A stretch of 63,453 nucleotides of DNA, counting the filler. It is 7 parts of 7 records of this genome, joined end to end, with 100 filler letters (N's around TTAATTAATTAA, not from the genome) between each part and the next. Parts side by side here need not be neighbours in the genome. Positions count along the whole stretch, not along the records: positions 1 to 6,041 come from SRR20825006_2352; positions 6,142 to 13,108 come from SRR20825006_2355; 5 more parts are not named here. One strand, 5' to 3'. Positions within the stretch are counted from its first letter, which is position 1; the number at the start of each line of letters is the position of its first letter. Shown here piece by piece: positions 1 through 9,660 of this stretch. The position numbers and the translations under genes are program-made. Below the pieces are notes generated by a model that saw only the letters and a list, made by a program, of their open reading frames with translations, did no database searches and was not told the DNA's origin.

Positions 1-2001
1 ACCCGCTTCACCAGCGCGTGCCGCTTCAACAGAAGCGTTCAAGGCCAACAGGTTGGTTTGGAACGCGATATCGTCGATCATGCCAATGATGTTCGAGATC
101 TGGTTAGATGAAGAGGTGATCCGCTCCATCGCCTCATTGGCTTGACGCATCACTTCGCCGCCCTGCTCTGCAGTGACCCGCACTTGCTCAGCATTGGCGC
201 TCGCGTCAGAAGCTTCTTTGGCGTTTTCCAAAACAGTCTTCGACAATTCATTCATTGTCATAGACGTTTGGTTGATGGTTGCTGCCTGCTCATTGGTGCG
301 GCTGGATAGATCGTTGGCGCCAGCCAAAATCTCGCTTGTGGCGACTTTCAATGCACGCGATGTTGAGCGCAACTGACCAATCACATCACTCAATTTAGAG
401 TTCACGCGATTTGTGTCGGTTTTCAACTGATCAAAGGCGCCTTTATATTCGCCTTCCATGCGCACCGTAAGGTTGGCATCTGCCAATGCAGAAAGCACTT
501 TGCCGGTCTCTGTGATGCCGCGATCTACGGTTTCAACCAGGCGGTTCACGCCCTCAGCCAAAGTGTTCAATTCCTGATCTGGGAATTCAGCCTGCACGCG
601 GCGAGAGAAATCGCCATCTACAGCCGCATCCACCACATCACCAAATGCACTTTGCAGTTCGCGCATCATGTTTTGACGTTCAGCAGCGCGAGAAGCGGAC
701 GCTTCTTTTTCGGCTTCTGTCATCTGCTCAACTTTGATGCCATTTTCACGGAACACTTCAACGGCACGGGCCATCTCGCCCAATTCGTCTTTGCCCTGTG
801 TGCCACGCACTTCCACATCCAAATCACCATCGGCCAAAGCACGCATGGTTTTGGTGAGGCGCGAGATTGGCACCGTCACTGTGCGGGTGAAGAACAGGCC
901 GCCGGCAACCGCGATGGCCAACATAATGGCCCCCACGATCAACATCATGTTGCGCATTTCCACAACAGGCTGGAACAGTTCTGATATTTCCTGGCTGGCC
1001 ACCATGGCCCACTTTACGCCAGCAAATTCAACAGGAACCGCTTCCACATGCACCCGATCGCCATGGCCATCGATAGTGATTGATTGAGCTGGCTCACCCT
1101 CCAACGCTTTGTCGATGGCGGTTGTGTCCAAGCTGGTTACAAAGGCATCATTTTCTTCGGTGTGAGATGAGTCAACACGCAACAGCTTGTCGGCGCCGAT
1201 CAGCAAAGTTTCGCCCGTTTCGCCCAAGCCTTTTTTCAGGCTGACAAATTGTGCGATGGACTGATAAGGCACACCAAACACAAGCACGCCAACATATGCG
1301 CCCTTATCATCAACGATTTTGGTGCCCATAAAGCTGGCTGGTGTATTGCCGTAATGCACATATGGCGCGAAGTCGGTGAACACAACTTCACCAGCTTCTG
1401 CGGCCTCAGCCTTTTTCAAAATCTCGTCAAGCGCAGTGCCCGCTTCAATCTGGGTCGCGAAATCGCGCTTTTTAAAGACCGTATAGACCACCACACCATC
1501 AGGTGAGAGCATCAAAATGTCTTTATAGCCCGCATTCACAGCCTGCGTGGACAATTCAGGGTGGATGCGCGAGTGCGCAAAATCATAGTTGGTGAATTGC
1601 TTTGCGGTATTTGCCAAATGGCGCTCTTCCTCGCCATGCGGGTTGTTATCAATGAACCCTTCTTGCAAATAGGAAGTGGGGTTAGAAGCATCAGCGCCGC
1701 TTACGCCTTTTGATGCCTGCTCCCAAGTTTTGCGCAGTTCAGTTGCGTTGCTCACCACGTTCGGATCACTTGCGGACTTCACCAAATCATTGGACATTTT
1801 CGCAAGTAGATCAGTCAATGTTTCAGCACGGATGGACGCGATGGTCGACAAACGTTGCTGAGTGAGTGAATTGACCGTGCTTTGCGAGACTTGGTAGCTC
1901 ACAAAACCAACACCGGCGCCCACCAAAAGCGCCGCCGACACGACAACAATCGGCAATTTCTTTGCGATTGTAATGGATGGCATTTTGAGTTTCTTGAACA
2001 T
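1..2001 (-). CDS. mcp: Methyl-accepting chemotaxis protein (periplasmic Cache-like sensor, HAMP, signalling domain); 3' end runs off the window
   Basis: Manual minus-strand translation: MFKKLKMPSITIAKKLPIVVVSAALLVGAG (TM1) through IAFQTNLLALNASVEAARAGEAG (MCP hairpin tip) at position 1. Missing from the ORF track because there is no stop. Confidence 0.93.
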   Translation of the reverse strand, partial: MFKKLKMPSITIAKKLPIVVVSAALLVGAGVGFVSYQVSQSTVNSLTQQRLSTIASIRAETLTDLLAKMSNDLVKSASDPNVVSNATELRKTWEQASKGVSGADASNPTSYLQEGFIDNNPHGEEERHLANTAKQFTNYDFAHSRIHPELSTQAVNAGYKDILMLSPDGVVVYTVFKKRDFATQIEAGTALDEILKKAEAAEAGEVVFTDFAPYVHYGNTPASFMGTKIVDDKGAYVGVLVFGVPYQSIAQFVSLKKGLGETGETLLIGADKLLRVDSSHTEENDAFVTSLDTTAIDKALEGEPAQSITIDGHGDRVHVEAVPVEFAGVKWAMVASQEISELFQPVVEMRNMMLIVGAIMLAIAVAGGLFFTRTVTVPISRLTKTMRALADGDLDVEVRGTQGKDELGEMARAVEVFRENGIKVEQMTEAEKEASASRAAERQNMMRELQSAFGDVVDAAVDGDFSRRVQAEFPDQELNTLAEGVNRLVETVDRGITETGKVLSALADANLTVRMEGEYKGAFDQLKTDTNRVNSKLSDVIGQLRSTSRALKVATSEILAGANDLSSRTNEQAATINQTSMTMNELSKTVLENAKEASDASANAEQVRVTAEQGGEVMRQANEAMERITSSSNQISNIIGMIDDIAFQTNLLALNASVEAARAGEAG

Positions 2002-2097
2002 GCTCGACCTTTTCTACGTTAAGTAGAATCTCCCCCAAATCTGCGATAATTTGAGCAAAATTCGCAATCATTCAGAAAACAATTTAAGATGGAAAAG

Positions 2098-2112
2098 CTA
2101 AACTTGTCTTAA
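2098..2112. promoter_or_regulatory. Candidate CtrA-binding site upstream of mcp
   Basis: CTAA-ACTTGTC-TTAA, one mismatch to TTAA-N7-TTAA, about 100 bp upstream of a chemoreceptor gene. Confidence 0.35.
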
Positions 2113-2144
2113 AAAAACGGCCCCTTTGGCAAGCAAAGGAGCCG
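2111..2144 (-). terminator. Intrinsic terminator downstream of cheY
   Basis: cggcccctttg/caaaggagccg stem with an A7 run (U-tract on the minus strand). Confidence 0.65.
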
Positions 2145-2174
2145 CTAATACTTGCAAAGAAGGATCGGTGCACT

Positions 2175-2564
2175 CTAAGTCAATGCGCCAATAACTGCTT
2201 CAATCTTCTTTTTCATGGTGCCCGCATCAAATGGCTTGATGACATAGTTGTTTACACCACAAGCAATGGCTTCTTTCACCTGCTCTTTATCGCCACGACC
2301 TGTAGCCATAATAAAGGGCATTTTGTTGGTGCGGGGATGCTTGCGAATAACTTTCAGCAAGGTCAGCCCATCTACATCGTCCATGTTCCAATCTGAAATA
2401 ATCAGATCGACATTAGCCGACTCCAACTTGGTGAGCGCATCGCGACCAGACTTTGCCTCAATTACATTTTTGAAGCCAAGTTGGTTCAGGATGAATTTAC
2501 AGATCCCGCGCATGGATTGCTGATCATCAACAATCAAAACGGTCAAAGAACTGGCTTTAGGCAT
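2175..2564 (-). CDS. cheY: Chemotaxis response regulator CheY
   Basis: Stand-alone receiver domain: LIVDD, ISDWNM, KPF motifs; chemotaxis context. Confidence 0.92.
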   Translation of the reverse strand: MPKASSLTVLIVDDQQSMRGICKFILNQLGFKNVIEAKSGRDALTKLESANVDLIISDWNMDDVDGLTLLKVIRKHPRTNKMPFIMATGRGDKEQVKEAIACGVNNYVIKPFDAGTMKKKIEAVIGALT

Positions 2565-2651
2565 ACGCTTGGGCCTCTGACATATTCTTAGTTAACTTTA
2601 ATTCAAATCGTATCATAAACGCCAAACCGTTACTAAGTTCTCAATTCACGC

Positions 2652-3716
2652 TTACGCAGCGTCACGTTTCGCTTCCAGCGCATGAATGAGCTTAGACGCA
2701 ATGGCTTCAATTTTCGCTTCTTCTTCAACGGCACCAATGTTTTTGGCTGCGCCAGGCATGCCATAAATCAAAGCAGAAGCTTGTGATTGACCAATGGTAT
2801 AGGCACCTGCTTTACGCATTTCCAAAAGGCCATTGGCCCCATCTTTGCCCATGCCGGTCAAAATGGCACCCACCGCATAAGCACCAACTTGTTGCGCCAC
2901 TGAACTGAACAACACATCCACAGATGGGCGGTGACCAGACACCACTTCATCCGCGCCGATGCGGCATTTCAACTGGCCTGAGCTATATTCAACCCGCAAG
3001 TGAGAACCACCTGGCGCAATGTAGGCATGGCCCGGCTTTACAATTTCACGGTCTTTCGCTTCCACAACAGTGAGACCGCTCACCTCGTTCAAGCGGGCGG
3101 CAAAGCGCTCAGTAAATCCAGGTGGCATATGCTGGGCAATCACCACTGGCGGACAATCTTTCGGCAAGCCTGACAACAAGGTTTTGATGGCTTCCACACC
3201 GCCGGTTGACGCGCCAATGGCGATCAAGGCTTTGCGGGAAGAATTGACTTTTGCAGGCACCGGTGCCCGCGCAACTGGTTTGCCCGCAGCAGGTTGGCGC
3301 GCCATGGCCCGGCCCCGCACGTCAGAGTGAGAAGCAGCAATAACTTTTTCGCGCACTTCGCGGCCAAATTGTTCCAAGCCACCTTCAAGATCATGACCCG
3401 GCTTGGCCACAAAATCGACAGCACCCAATTCAAGCGCCAGCAAGGTTTCTTGTGCGCCTTTTTGGGTGAGTGTTGAAATCATCACCACTGGCGTTGGACG
3501 CAAGCGCATGATTTTTTCCAAGAAAGCCAGCCCGTTCATATTGGGCATTTCGATATCCAGCGTCACCACATCTGGATTAAGTGTTTTGATTTTGCCCCGC
3601 GCATCCATGGGATCACATGCGGTGCCCACCACATGGATGTTAGGATCCTCGCTCAGCAATGTTTGCAACACACTGCGAATAAGGGCGGAATCGTCAACGA
3701 TTAGTACTTTGATCAT
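2652..3716 (-). CDS. cheB: Protein-glutamate methylesterase CheB
   Basis: REC domain plus GASTGG, QHMP, HRPSVD and LTGMGKDGA motifs. Confidence 0.97.
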   Translation of the reverse strand: MIKVLIVDDSALIRSVLQTLLSEDPNIHVVGTACDPMDARGKIKTLNPDVVTLDIEMPNMNGLAFLEKIMRLRPTPVVMISTLTQKGAQETLLALELGAVDFVAKPGHDLEGGLEQFGREVREKVIAASHSDVRGRAMARQPAAGKPVARAPVPAKVNSSRKALIAIGASTGGVEAIKTLLSGLPKDCPPVVIAQHMPPGFTERFAARLNEVSGLTVVEAKDREIVKPGHAYIAPGGSHLRVEYSSGQLKCRIGADEVVSGHRPSVDVLFSSVAQQVGAYAVGAILTGMGKDGANGLLEMRKAGAYTIGQSQASALIYGMPGAAKNIGAVEEEAKIEAIASKLIHALEAKRDAA

Positions 3717-4564
3717 GCTGCGCTCCGAGAAGCCGGTTCGGATTTCGGTTTATAAATGGTTTTGCCGACAAGCTTGAATTTCTCAGATACGGAATTCAAA
3801 TTTTCTGAATGGCCGATATAGAGATAGCCATGAGGCGCCAACAGTTCGCCCATACGGGTGAACATGCGCTCTTGCGTAGGCTTGTTGAAATAGATCGCGA
3901 CATTGCGGCAGAAGATGGCATCGAATGGGCCTTTCATCGGCCAATCATGCATCAAATTCAACGGCTTGAACGCAATAGCTCTGCGAATGAAATCTGGAAT
4001 TTGCACATCGCCATTGCCAAGTGGTTCGAAAAATTTCGATCGCTCTGGGCTAAGGCCAGCCAAATCATTTTCTTTATAGATGCCTGTTTGAGCGCGGCGC
4101 ACCACGTCGGTATCAATGTCTGTCGCCAAAATGCGCATATCCCAGCCTTTCAACTGCGGATAGGCATTATAAAGCGCCATGGCAATGGTGTATGGTTCCT
4201 GCCCGGTTGAGCAACCTGCTGACCAAAACCGCAAACGCTTGCTGGCTTTGATTTTCGGGTCTTCCAGCAATTGGCCCACATGTTCCACCAAATGATCAAA
4301 GTGATGATCTTCACGATAGAACCGGGTCAAATTGGTGGTGAGTGCATTGATGAATTCTTGAATGTCATCGGGCGATGCATTGCGATCAAGAAAATCAATA
4401 TAATCTGAAAAGGTACTGAGATTGAGTTTTCGCACAATCTTGGACAGACGTGACACAACAAGCGTGCGTTTCGCATCGCTCATTGAAATGCCCGCAAGCT
4501 TGTAAACTTTATTTCTTACCGCTTCAAATTCGCGATCTGACAAAGAGATCTCACCATTATCCAT
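3713..4564 (-). CDS. cheR: Chemotaxis methyltransferase CheR
   Basis: TTNLTRFYRE, WSAGCSTGQEPY, ATDID and IFCRNV motifs; start trimmed to MDNGEIS. Confidence 0.96.
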   Translation of the reverse strand: MDNGEISLSDREFEAVRNKVYKLAGISMSDAKRTLVVSRLSKIVRKLNLSTFSDYIDFLDRNASPDDIQEFINALTTNLTRFYREDHHFDHLVEHVGQLLEDPKIKASKRLRFWSAGCSTGQEPYTIAMALYNAYPQLKGWDMRILATDIDTDVVRRAQTGIYKENDLAGLSPERSKFFEPLGNGDVQIPDFIRRAIAFKPLNLMHDWPMKGPFDAIFCRNVAIYFNKPTQERMFTRMGELLAPHGYLYIGHSENLNSVSEKFKLVGKTIYKPKSEPASRSAA

Positions 4565-4829
4565 ACTGGTCTCAGCCTCGTTTCCCCTGATTTCGCTTCT
4601 AATGAAGCAAAACAGCCCGTTCACTGGTGGCCTGCCGTTGCTGGCAAACGTTTTCACAATGATTATGGCGGATCACACCCTTAAATTTAGTAAATGCTTA
4701 CACACCAGCAATTGCGACCATGAACGGTTAAGAAAATGACGGGGAATTACCAGTTTTTGCCCTCATTATTCCTTATTCAAAGGTAAATAATATTGGTTAA
4801 TAACTGGTTTTGACTGAGACGATTACAAG

Positions 4830-4854
4830 AAAAAAGGCGCGTTGAACACGCGCC
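4830..4854 (-). terminator. Intrinsic terminator downstream of cheD
   Basis: A6 run followed by a ggcgcg/cgcgcc stem. Confidence 0.55.
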
Positions 4855-4894
4855 CCATATTTCCAGTTTCTGGCCCGTTTGAAGGCCGTCGATT

Positions 4895-5485
4895 TTAGAA
4901 CAATTCGATATCGTCGTGTTCCACTGCTGGCTTGTTGGCCTTGGAAATTTCTTCCTTGATCAGTGAATCGTTGATCGAGCTATCGAGGTGTTTCACAAAC
5001 ACTTTGCCCGCCACTGGCTGGAACACAACGCGACGCGCATAGGTGCCGCCCAAATCTTCCGCAGCAGCTTTATATCCCTCTGCCGCCAAAAAGCCGCGCA
5101 CAAAGGCTGCGTTTTTCGCACCGACATCGTCCATCTTCTGGTTGATGTTGCCGCCACCAAATACTTTGATTTCAAGCTGGTCACGACGACCACAACCTTG
5201 AGTGAGCACTTTGTTGATCAGCTCTTCCATCGCGTAGGCGCCATAACGTGCGCTTTCGCCATATCTGTCGCGAGAACTATCGGACTGAACGCCCAACAAA
5301 AAGTGGTTCATGCCACCCACACCTGTCACCTTATCGCGGATACACGCGGCAACACATGAGCCCAACACTGTTGAGAACGCGACATTCGCGTCTTTAGTGA
5401 CATGGCAGTCACCCTGATGCACCTGTTGGGTTGAGCCTGCGGGTATATCTCTTGGCGATCTTGCGCTTGGGTTCACTACACTCAC
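4895..5485 (-). CDS. cheD: Chemoreceptor glutamine deamidase CheD
   Basis: STVLGSCVAAC, GGMNHFLL, KVFGGG and EDLGG motifs. Confidence 0.95.
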   Translation of the reverse strand: MSVVNPSARSPRDIPAGSTQQVHQGDCHVTKDANVAFSTVLGSCVAACIRDKVTGVGGMNHFLLGVQSDSSRDRYGESARYGAYAMEELINKVLTQGCGRRDQLEIKVFGGGNINQKMDDVGAKNAAFVRGFLAAEGYKAAAEDLGGTYARRVVFQPVAGKVFVKHLDSSINDSLIKEEISKANKPAVEHDDIELF

Positions 5486-5635
5486 CTGAAATAGTCGTTT
5501 TCACAAATCTACACTTGAAATTGTTAGTGAACTGCTAACCAAAACCAAAACTTGCAAGTTTTTTTGATTGTTATTGAAAGCGTTGGTTAGGAAATGCGGG
5601 TTAGGCTGAACCTCTATTTAATCGGGGGATAGCGT

Positions 5636-5986
5636 ATGTCCTTGGCAAAACTGGCCATTGAATTGGAAGAAACAGCCCGCCAAACAGCGGAAATGGTGGA
5701 CCGGGTGAATGACGGCTTAGCCGTTTTGATGGATGAGGCCATGGGTTGCAAAATTGCACGCGAAGAGGCCATTCGGAAAATTATTGTTGGCTTGCAAATG
5801 CAAGACCGCATTCAGCAGCGTTGCGATAATATGGCAGGTGCCGCACGGCGCATGGCTGAAATGGTTGAAATTGCTGACCGGGTGGAAGCAGAGGATGTTT
5901 GGGCTGGCCTAACTTTGGACGAGTTGCGCAAGCCGAACCTTTCTGGCGTTGCCCAGCGCAACAATGATGACATTGAGTTGTTCTAA
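5636..5986 (+). CDS. Small helical chemotaxis-associated protein, CheZ-like
   Basis: 116 aa with LQMQDRIQQR (DxxxQ) and C-terminal DDIELF; RBS ggggga; divergent from cheD. Confidence 0.6.
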   Translation: MSLAKLAIELEETARQTAEMVDRVNDGLAVLMDEAMGCKIAREEAIRKIIVGLQMQDRIQQRCDNMAGAARRMAEMVEIADRVEAEDVWAGLTLDELRKPNLSGVAQRNNDDIELF

Positions 5987-6013
5987 GCAAACAACTCAAA
6001 AAACAAACAATGA

Positions 6014-6041
6014 AAAAGCCCGGCAAATTTGCCGGGCTTTT
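6014..6041 (+). terminator. Palindromic (bidirectional) intrinsic terminator
   Basis: aaaagcccggcaaatttgccgggctttt is a perfect palindrome. Confidence 0.8.
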
Positions 6042-6141
6042 NNNNNNNNNNNNNNNNNNNNNNNNNNNNNNNNNNNNNNNNNNNNTTAATTAATTAANNN
6101 NNNNNNNNNNNNNNNNNNNNNNNNNNNNNNNNNNNNNNNNN
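6042..6141. other. Artificial contig-joining spacer
   Basis: 100 nt of N around TTAATTAATTAA (stops in all six frames). Confidence 0.99.
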
Positions 6142-6507
6142 GCGCAGGTACATGCGCACCGGATCGTCGGTACGGTCCAGTTTCTCGGACGTGCCCGAAC
6201 CCAGGGTGATTTCGCGGGTGCCTTCGGTGGTCGTAAGCTCGGTCGAGCCCTTGCCCTCTTCGTCCTCGGCTTCCTCGTCCTCGATGATGTTGATGCCCAT
6301 TTCGGACAGCATCGACATCACGTCTTCGATCTGCTCGGAACTGACCTGATCGGGGGGCAGGACATGGTTCAGCTGATCATAGGTAATATAGCCCTTCTCA
6401 CGGGCTTCGGCGATCATCTTCTTGACGGCCGCCTGGCTCATGTCGAGCGAGTGACCGGTATCGGAATCGTCGGTCTTGGCGTCGTCGTTTGTGTCTTTCG
6501 CGGCCAT
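6142..6507 (-). CDS. rpoD: RNA polymerase sigma factor RpoD, N-terminal part (truncated by contig end)
   Basis: Region 1.1 (KGYITYDQLN) and region 1.2 (RTDDPVRMYLR); downstream of dnaG. Confidence 0.96.
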
Positions 6508-6537
6508 CGGTTGCTCCTGTTCAAGCACTCCTGTCGC

Positions 6538-6626
6538 GAATCACCCTCAAGTGATTCGGCTAACAGGGAATCATTCACGATTCGGGTGATTCGGCCACCC
6601 GTGTAACGGCATTTCCTCAAGGAATC
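6538..6626. promoter_or_regulatory. Cluster of six GANTC (CcrM) sites in the rpoD leader
   Basis: GAATC at 6538, 6568 and 6622; GATTC at 6553, 6579 and 6588. Confidence 0.6.
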
Positions 6627-6641
6627 CCAACGAAAACCTTG

Positions 6642-8627
6642 TTAGTGTTGTTTTCTGCCCCGCTTTGAGAAGTCGATAGCGTCGAACATAGCCCGACTGC
6701 GGGTCACTTCATCTTTTTCCATCTTCACGCCGTTGTCGGCGGTTACAAAGTCTCCGCTGCCCTCTTTCTGGGTGCTGCGGTTGGCGCTGTCTGCGGCTTC
6801 GGCCGCCCGGCTCAGCCGCCATGTCACGCCTTCGTCCGCCACGCCGGTCAGATCTTCGGCGGCATCGGCAATTTCGGCGTCCAGCCCACGCGCTGCGGAA
6901 AGTTTTGCAAGCTCTTCGGCCACGGTGATCCGGGCCATGTCGGCGTTGCCGGGTGTGCGAATGCATGGGACGATTGCCACATGGCTTGCATTCAACAGGT
7001 TTTCAAGGGCTTCGGGCCCGCGTGCGCTGGAAATCTTTTCGCGCAACACCTCTGCGCCCTCATGCGCGTGGCGCAGAATCAGGTCGCGCAAGGCGGCGTT
7101 GTCGGGGTTGATGCAACGCAGTCTTTCCAGTGGCGTTTCAAAGCTTTCCACCACTTCCGGGCAGGAGATCAAGGCCGCCAGAATGACCGATTCGCGCAAA
7201 ATATGGGTTACGCTGTCGCCGGTGCCCGTGGCCAGCACCGAGGATTTCGTCGATTGCAAAGGCACCGGCTCGGGCTGCCATTTGCCAAAGCCGCCCCCCG
7301 TGCGCTGCCCGCCTGTCCGGCGCTGGCCTGACGGCACGCGCTGTGGGCGGAACAGCTGGAAACGCAGTTCCTTGATTTCCTGCCCATAGTGGTTGCGGAT
7401 TGAGGGATCGGCGATGGTCCTGATCTTTTCGCGCAGCGCTTTGTCCAGCGCCGCCTTGCGTTCCGGGCTGTCAAAAACGCGGCCTTCGGTCTCGCGTTGC
7501 CACAGCAAACGAACCATCGGCATGGCCCCGTCCAGCAGCTTTTGCAGCGCGGGCGCACCCGCCGATTTCAGCAGGTCGTCGGGGTCCTGCCCTTCGGGCA
7601 TCATCGCGAAACGCAGCGACTGCCCCGCCTCAAGCAGCGGCAGGGCCAGATCAATCAGCCGCATCGCCGCGCGCAGGCCTGGGGTGTCACCGTCCAGCGC
7701 GATGATGGGTTCAGGTGCGATGCGCCACAGCATTTGCAGCTGGCTTTCGGTGATGGCAGTGCCCAACGGGGCAACGGCCGCTTCGAATCCCGCCTCGGAC
7801 AAGGCGATGACATCCATGTACCCTTCGGCCACGATCAGCGGCTGGCCCTTGCCTGCGGCGGTGCGCGCGGGGCCGTGGTTGTACAGGCTTCGCCCCTTGT
7901 CGAACAGCTCGGTTTCGGGCGAGTTCAGGTATTTGGCGTTGTCGTTCGGGTCCATCGCGCGCCCGCCAAAGGCGGTGCAGCGCCCGCGCGCATCGCGGAT
8001 CGGGAACATGATGCGGCCCCGGAACGTGTCATAGGGCTTGCCGCCCTTCTGGCTGGGCTTGGCCAGCCCCGCGCCGATGATCAGCTCATCGCTGATATTC
8101 TTCGACTTCAGGTGATCCCACAGCCCTTGCCACACATCGGGGGCAAAGCCGATCTCCCAGCGGTCCAGCGCCTGCTGGCTCAGCCCGCGCCGCTCCAGAT
8201 AGGCACGCGCATCCGCCGCCGCGCCGGTTTTCAGTTGCAGCCGGTAGTATTGGACCGCCTGCTCCATGACCTCGGCCAGTTGCGTGCGGGTGTCGGCCTT
8301 TTGCTGGGCCTGCGGATCACGCTGGGGCATCGGCATCCCGGCCTCGCCCGCCAGAATGCGCACGGCTTCCATAAAGTCGACGTTCTCCGTCTCGCGGACA
8401 AAGGAGATTGCATCGCCCTTGGCGTGGCAGCCAAAGCAATAATAGAATCCCTTGCGGTCATCGACGTGAAAGCTGGCGGATTTTTCCTGATGGAACGGGC
8501 ATGGCGCCCACAGGTCGCCCTTGGCCTGATTGGATTTGCGGCTGTCCCACATGACCTTGCGGCCTACAACCTGTCCCAGGCTGAGGCGGGTGCGCAGTTC
8601 GTCAAGGAATCCGGGGGGCAGGCTCAT
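6642..8627 (-). CDS. dnaG: DNA primase
   Basis: CPFH...CFGC zinc finger, FGGR, KYLNSPET and EGYMDVI TOPRIM motifs. Confidence 0.98.
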   Translation of the reverse strand: MSLPPGFLDELRTRLSLGQVVGRKVMWDSRKSNQAKGDLWAPCPFHQEKSASFHVDDRKGFYYCFGCHAKGDAISFVRETENVDFMEAVRILAGEAGMPMPQRDPQAQQKADTRTQLAEVMEQAVQYYRLQLKTGAAADARAYLERRGLSQQALDRWEIGFAPDVWQGLWDHLKSKNISDELIIGAGLAKPSQKGGKPYDTFRGRIMFPIRDARGRCTAFGGRAMDPNDNAKYLNSPETELFDKGRSLYNHGPARTAAGKGQPLIVAEGYMDVIALSEAGFEAAVAPLGTAITESQLQMLWRIAPEPIIALDGDTPGLRAAMRLIDLALPLLEAGQSLRFAMMPEGQDPDDLLKSAGAPALQKLLDGAMPMVRLLWQRETEGRVFDSPERKAALDKALREKIRTIADPSIRNHYGQEIKELRFQLFRPQRVPSGQRRTGGQRTGGGFGKWQPEPVPLQSTKSSVLATGTGDSVTHILRESVILAALISCPEVVESFETPLERLRCINPDNAALRDLILRHAHEGAEVLREKISSARGPEALENLLNASHVAIVPCIRTPGNADMARITVAEELAKLSAARGLDAEIADAAEDLTGVADEGVTWRLSRAAEAADSANRSTQKEGSGDFVTADNGVKMEKDEVTRSRAMFDAIDFSKRGRKQH

Positions 8628-8759
8628 GCCCTATTATATCGTATCGCTGCGCGTCAGAGTCCAGACGCGGCGCGATGTGACATCAATTCAGGCGGACCAC
8701 CCCGCCGGGGCTGCGGGAGCCTCCGGCGGGGATATTTTGGGCCAAAAGAAGCAGCGCGC

Positions 8760-9068
8760 TTATTGTTGCAGGCAAAGTTCCGACCATGCGGCGGAAAAAT
8801 CCTTGGTTTTCAGGTCCTTGCGGGCCTGTTCATACACCCATGGGGTGATGATCGGGATCGCGGCATTGTAGCCTTCGGGCCAGTTGGGCGCGCCGGCCAG
8901 GATGGTTTCGGACACCTTTTGCTCTTTCACCCCGTCCAGACGCGCGGCCTGCACCGCGGAGACGATGGCGGCCTGATAGGCACAGCTTTGTTCCTTGGTG
9001 TCAGCGGCCGTTGCGGCGCTGGACAGGCCGACGGTGGCCAGTGTGGCAATCATTAACATACGTTTCAT
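8760..9068 (-). CDS. Small exported hypothetical protein
   Basis: Signal peptide MKRMLMIATLATVGLSSAATA; two Cys; RBS gagg. Confidence 0.75.
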   Translation of the reverse strand: MKRMLMIATLATVGLSSAATAADTKEQSCAYQAAIVSAVQAARLDGVKEQKVSETILAGAPNWPEGYNAAIPIITPWVYEQARKDLKTKDFSAAWSELCLQQ

Positions 9069-9107
9069 ATCGGGCCTCTTCGGACTGCGATTGGTGTTTG
9101 GGGCAAC

Positions 9108-9656
9108 CTAGTGCCGTGCGGCCAGGCTTTCCATTGCTGTTACAAGATCGTGAACCAGTGTTGCAGCCATGCTGCGGAACACGAGGATCAGAAAGCTGTC
9201 CGACCCGGTGCGGGTGATCGAGGCGTTCATATGGCCCAACTGGGTGCGGGCGGTGTGGCCCTGCTTGAAAGCGGCAGGCCGCAAGTCGATCGGCACCAGC
9301 CGCGCCAGAACTGCACCCGCGTCGTCCCCCGACAGGGTGACACAGGCCCATGCGTCGGATTGATCCGTCAGCGCAGCGAGATCGCCCAAGCCGGGGTCGG
9401 GCGTGGGCCCTGCCAGCAGGGCGACGTCGCGGCCAAACCAGATCGCGCGCGCGCCCGCCTTGCCGGTGGCGCGGTTGGGGGCAGGAAAGGCCATCCCATG
9501 CGCTGCCTTGAGCGCGTCAGAGACCGCGGCCCCCTTGAACGGGGCCACCGATGTCAGCGTGCCAAGGTCGGCTTCCGTCAAGGTGCAGGTGCCCAGTGTT
9601 TTGGGCAGCAACCCGTAACAGGGCGACGTGGCGGTCAGGATCAGTGTATCAGCCAT
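9108..9656 (-). CDS. soxG: Sarcosine oxidase subunit gamma family
   Basis: TDQSDAW, ARLVPIDL and FRSMA motifs; follows soxA; start trimmed to MADTL. Confidence 0.88.
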   Translation of the reverse strand: MADTLILTATSPCYGLLPKTLGTCTLTEADLGTLTSVAPFKGAAVSDALKAAHGMAFPAPNRATGKAGARAIWFGRDVALLAGPTPDPGLGDLAALTDQSDAWACVTLSGDDAGAVLARLVPIDLRPAAFKQGHTARTQLGHMNASITRTGSDSFLILVFRSMAATLVHDLVTAMESLAARH

Positions 9657-9660
9657 ATCA

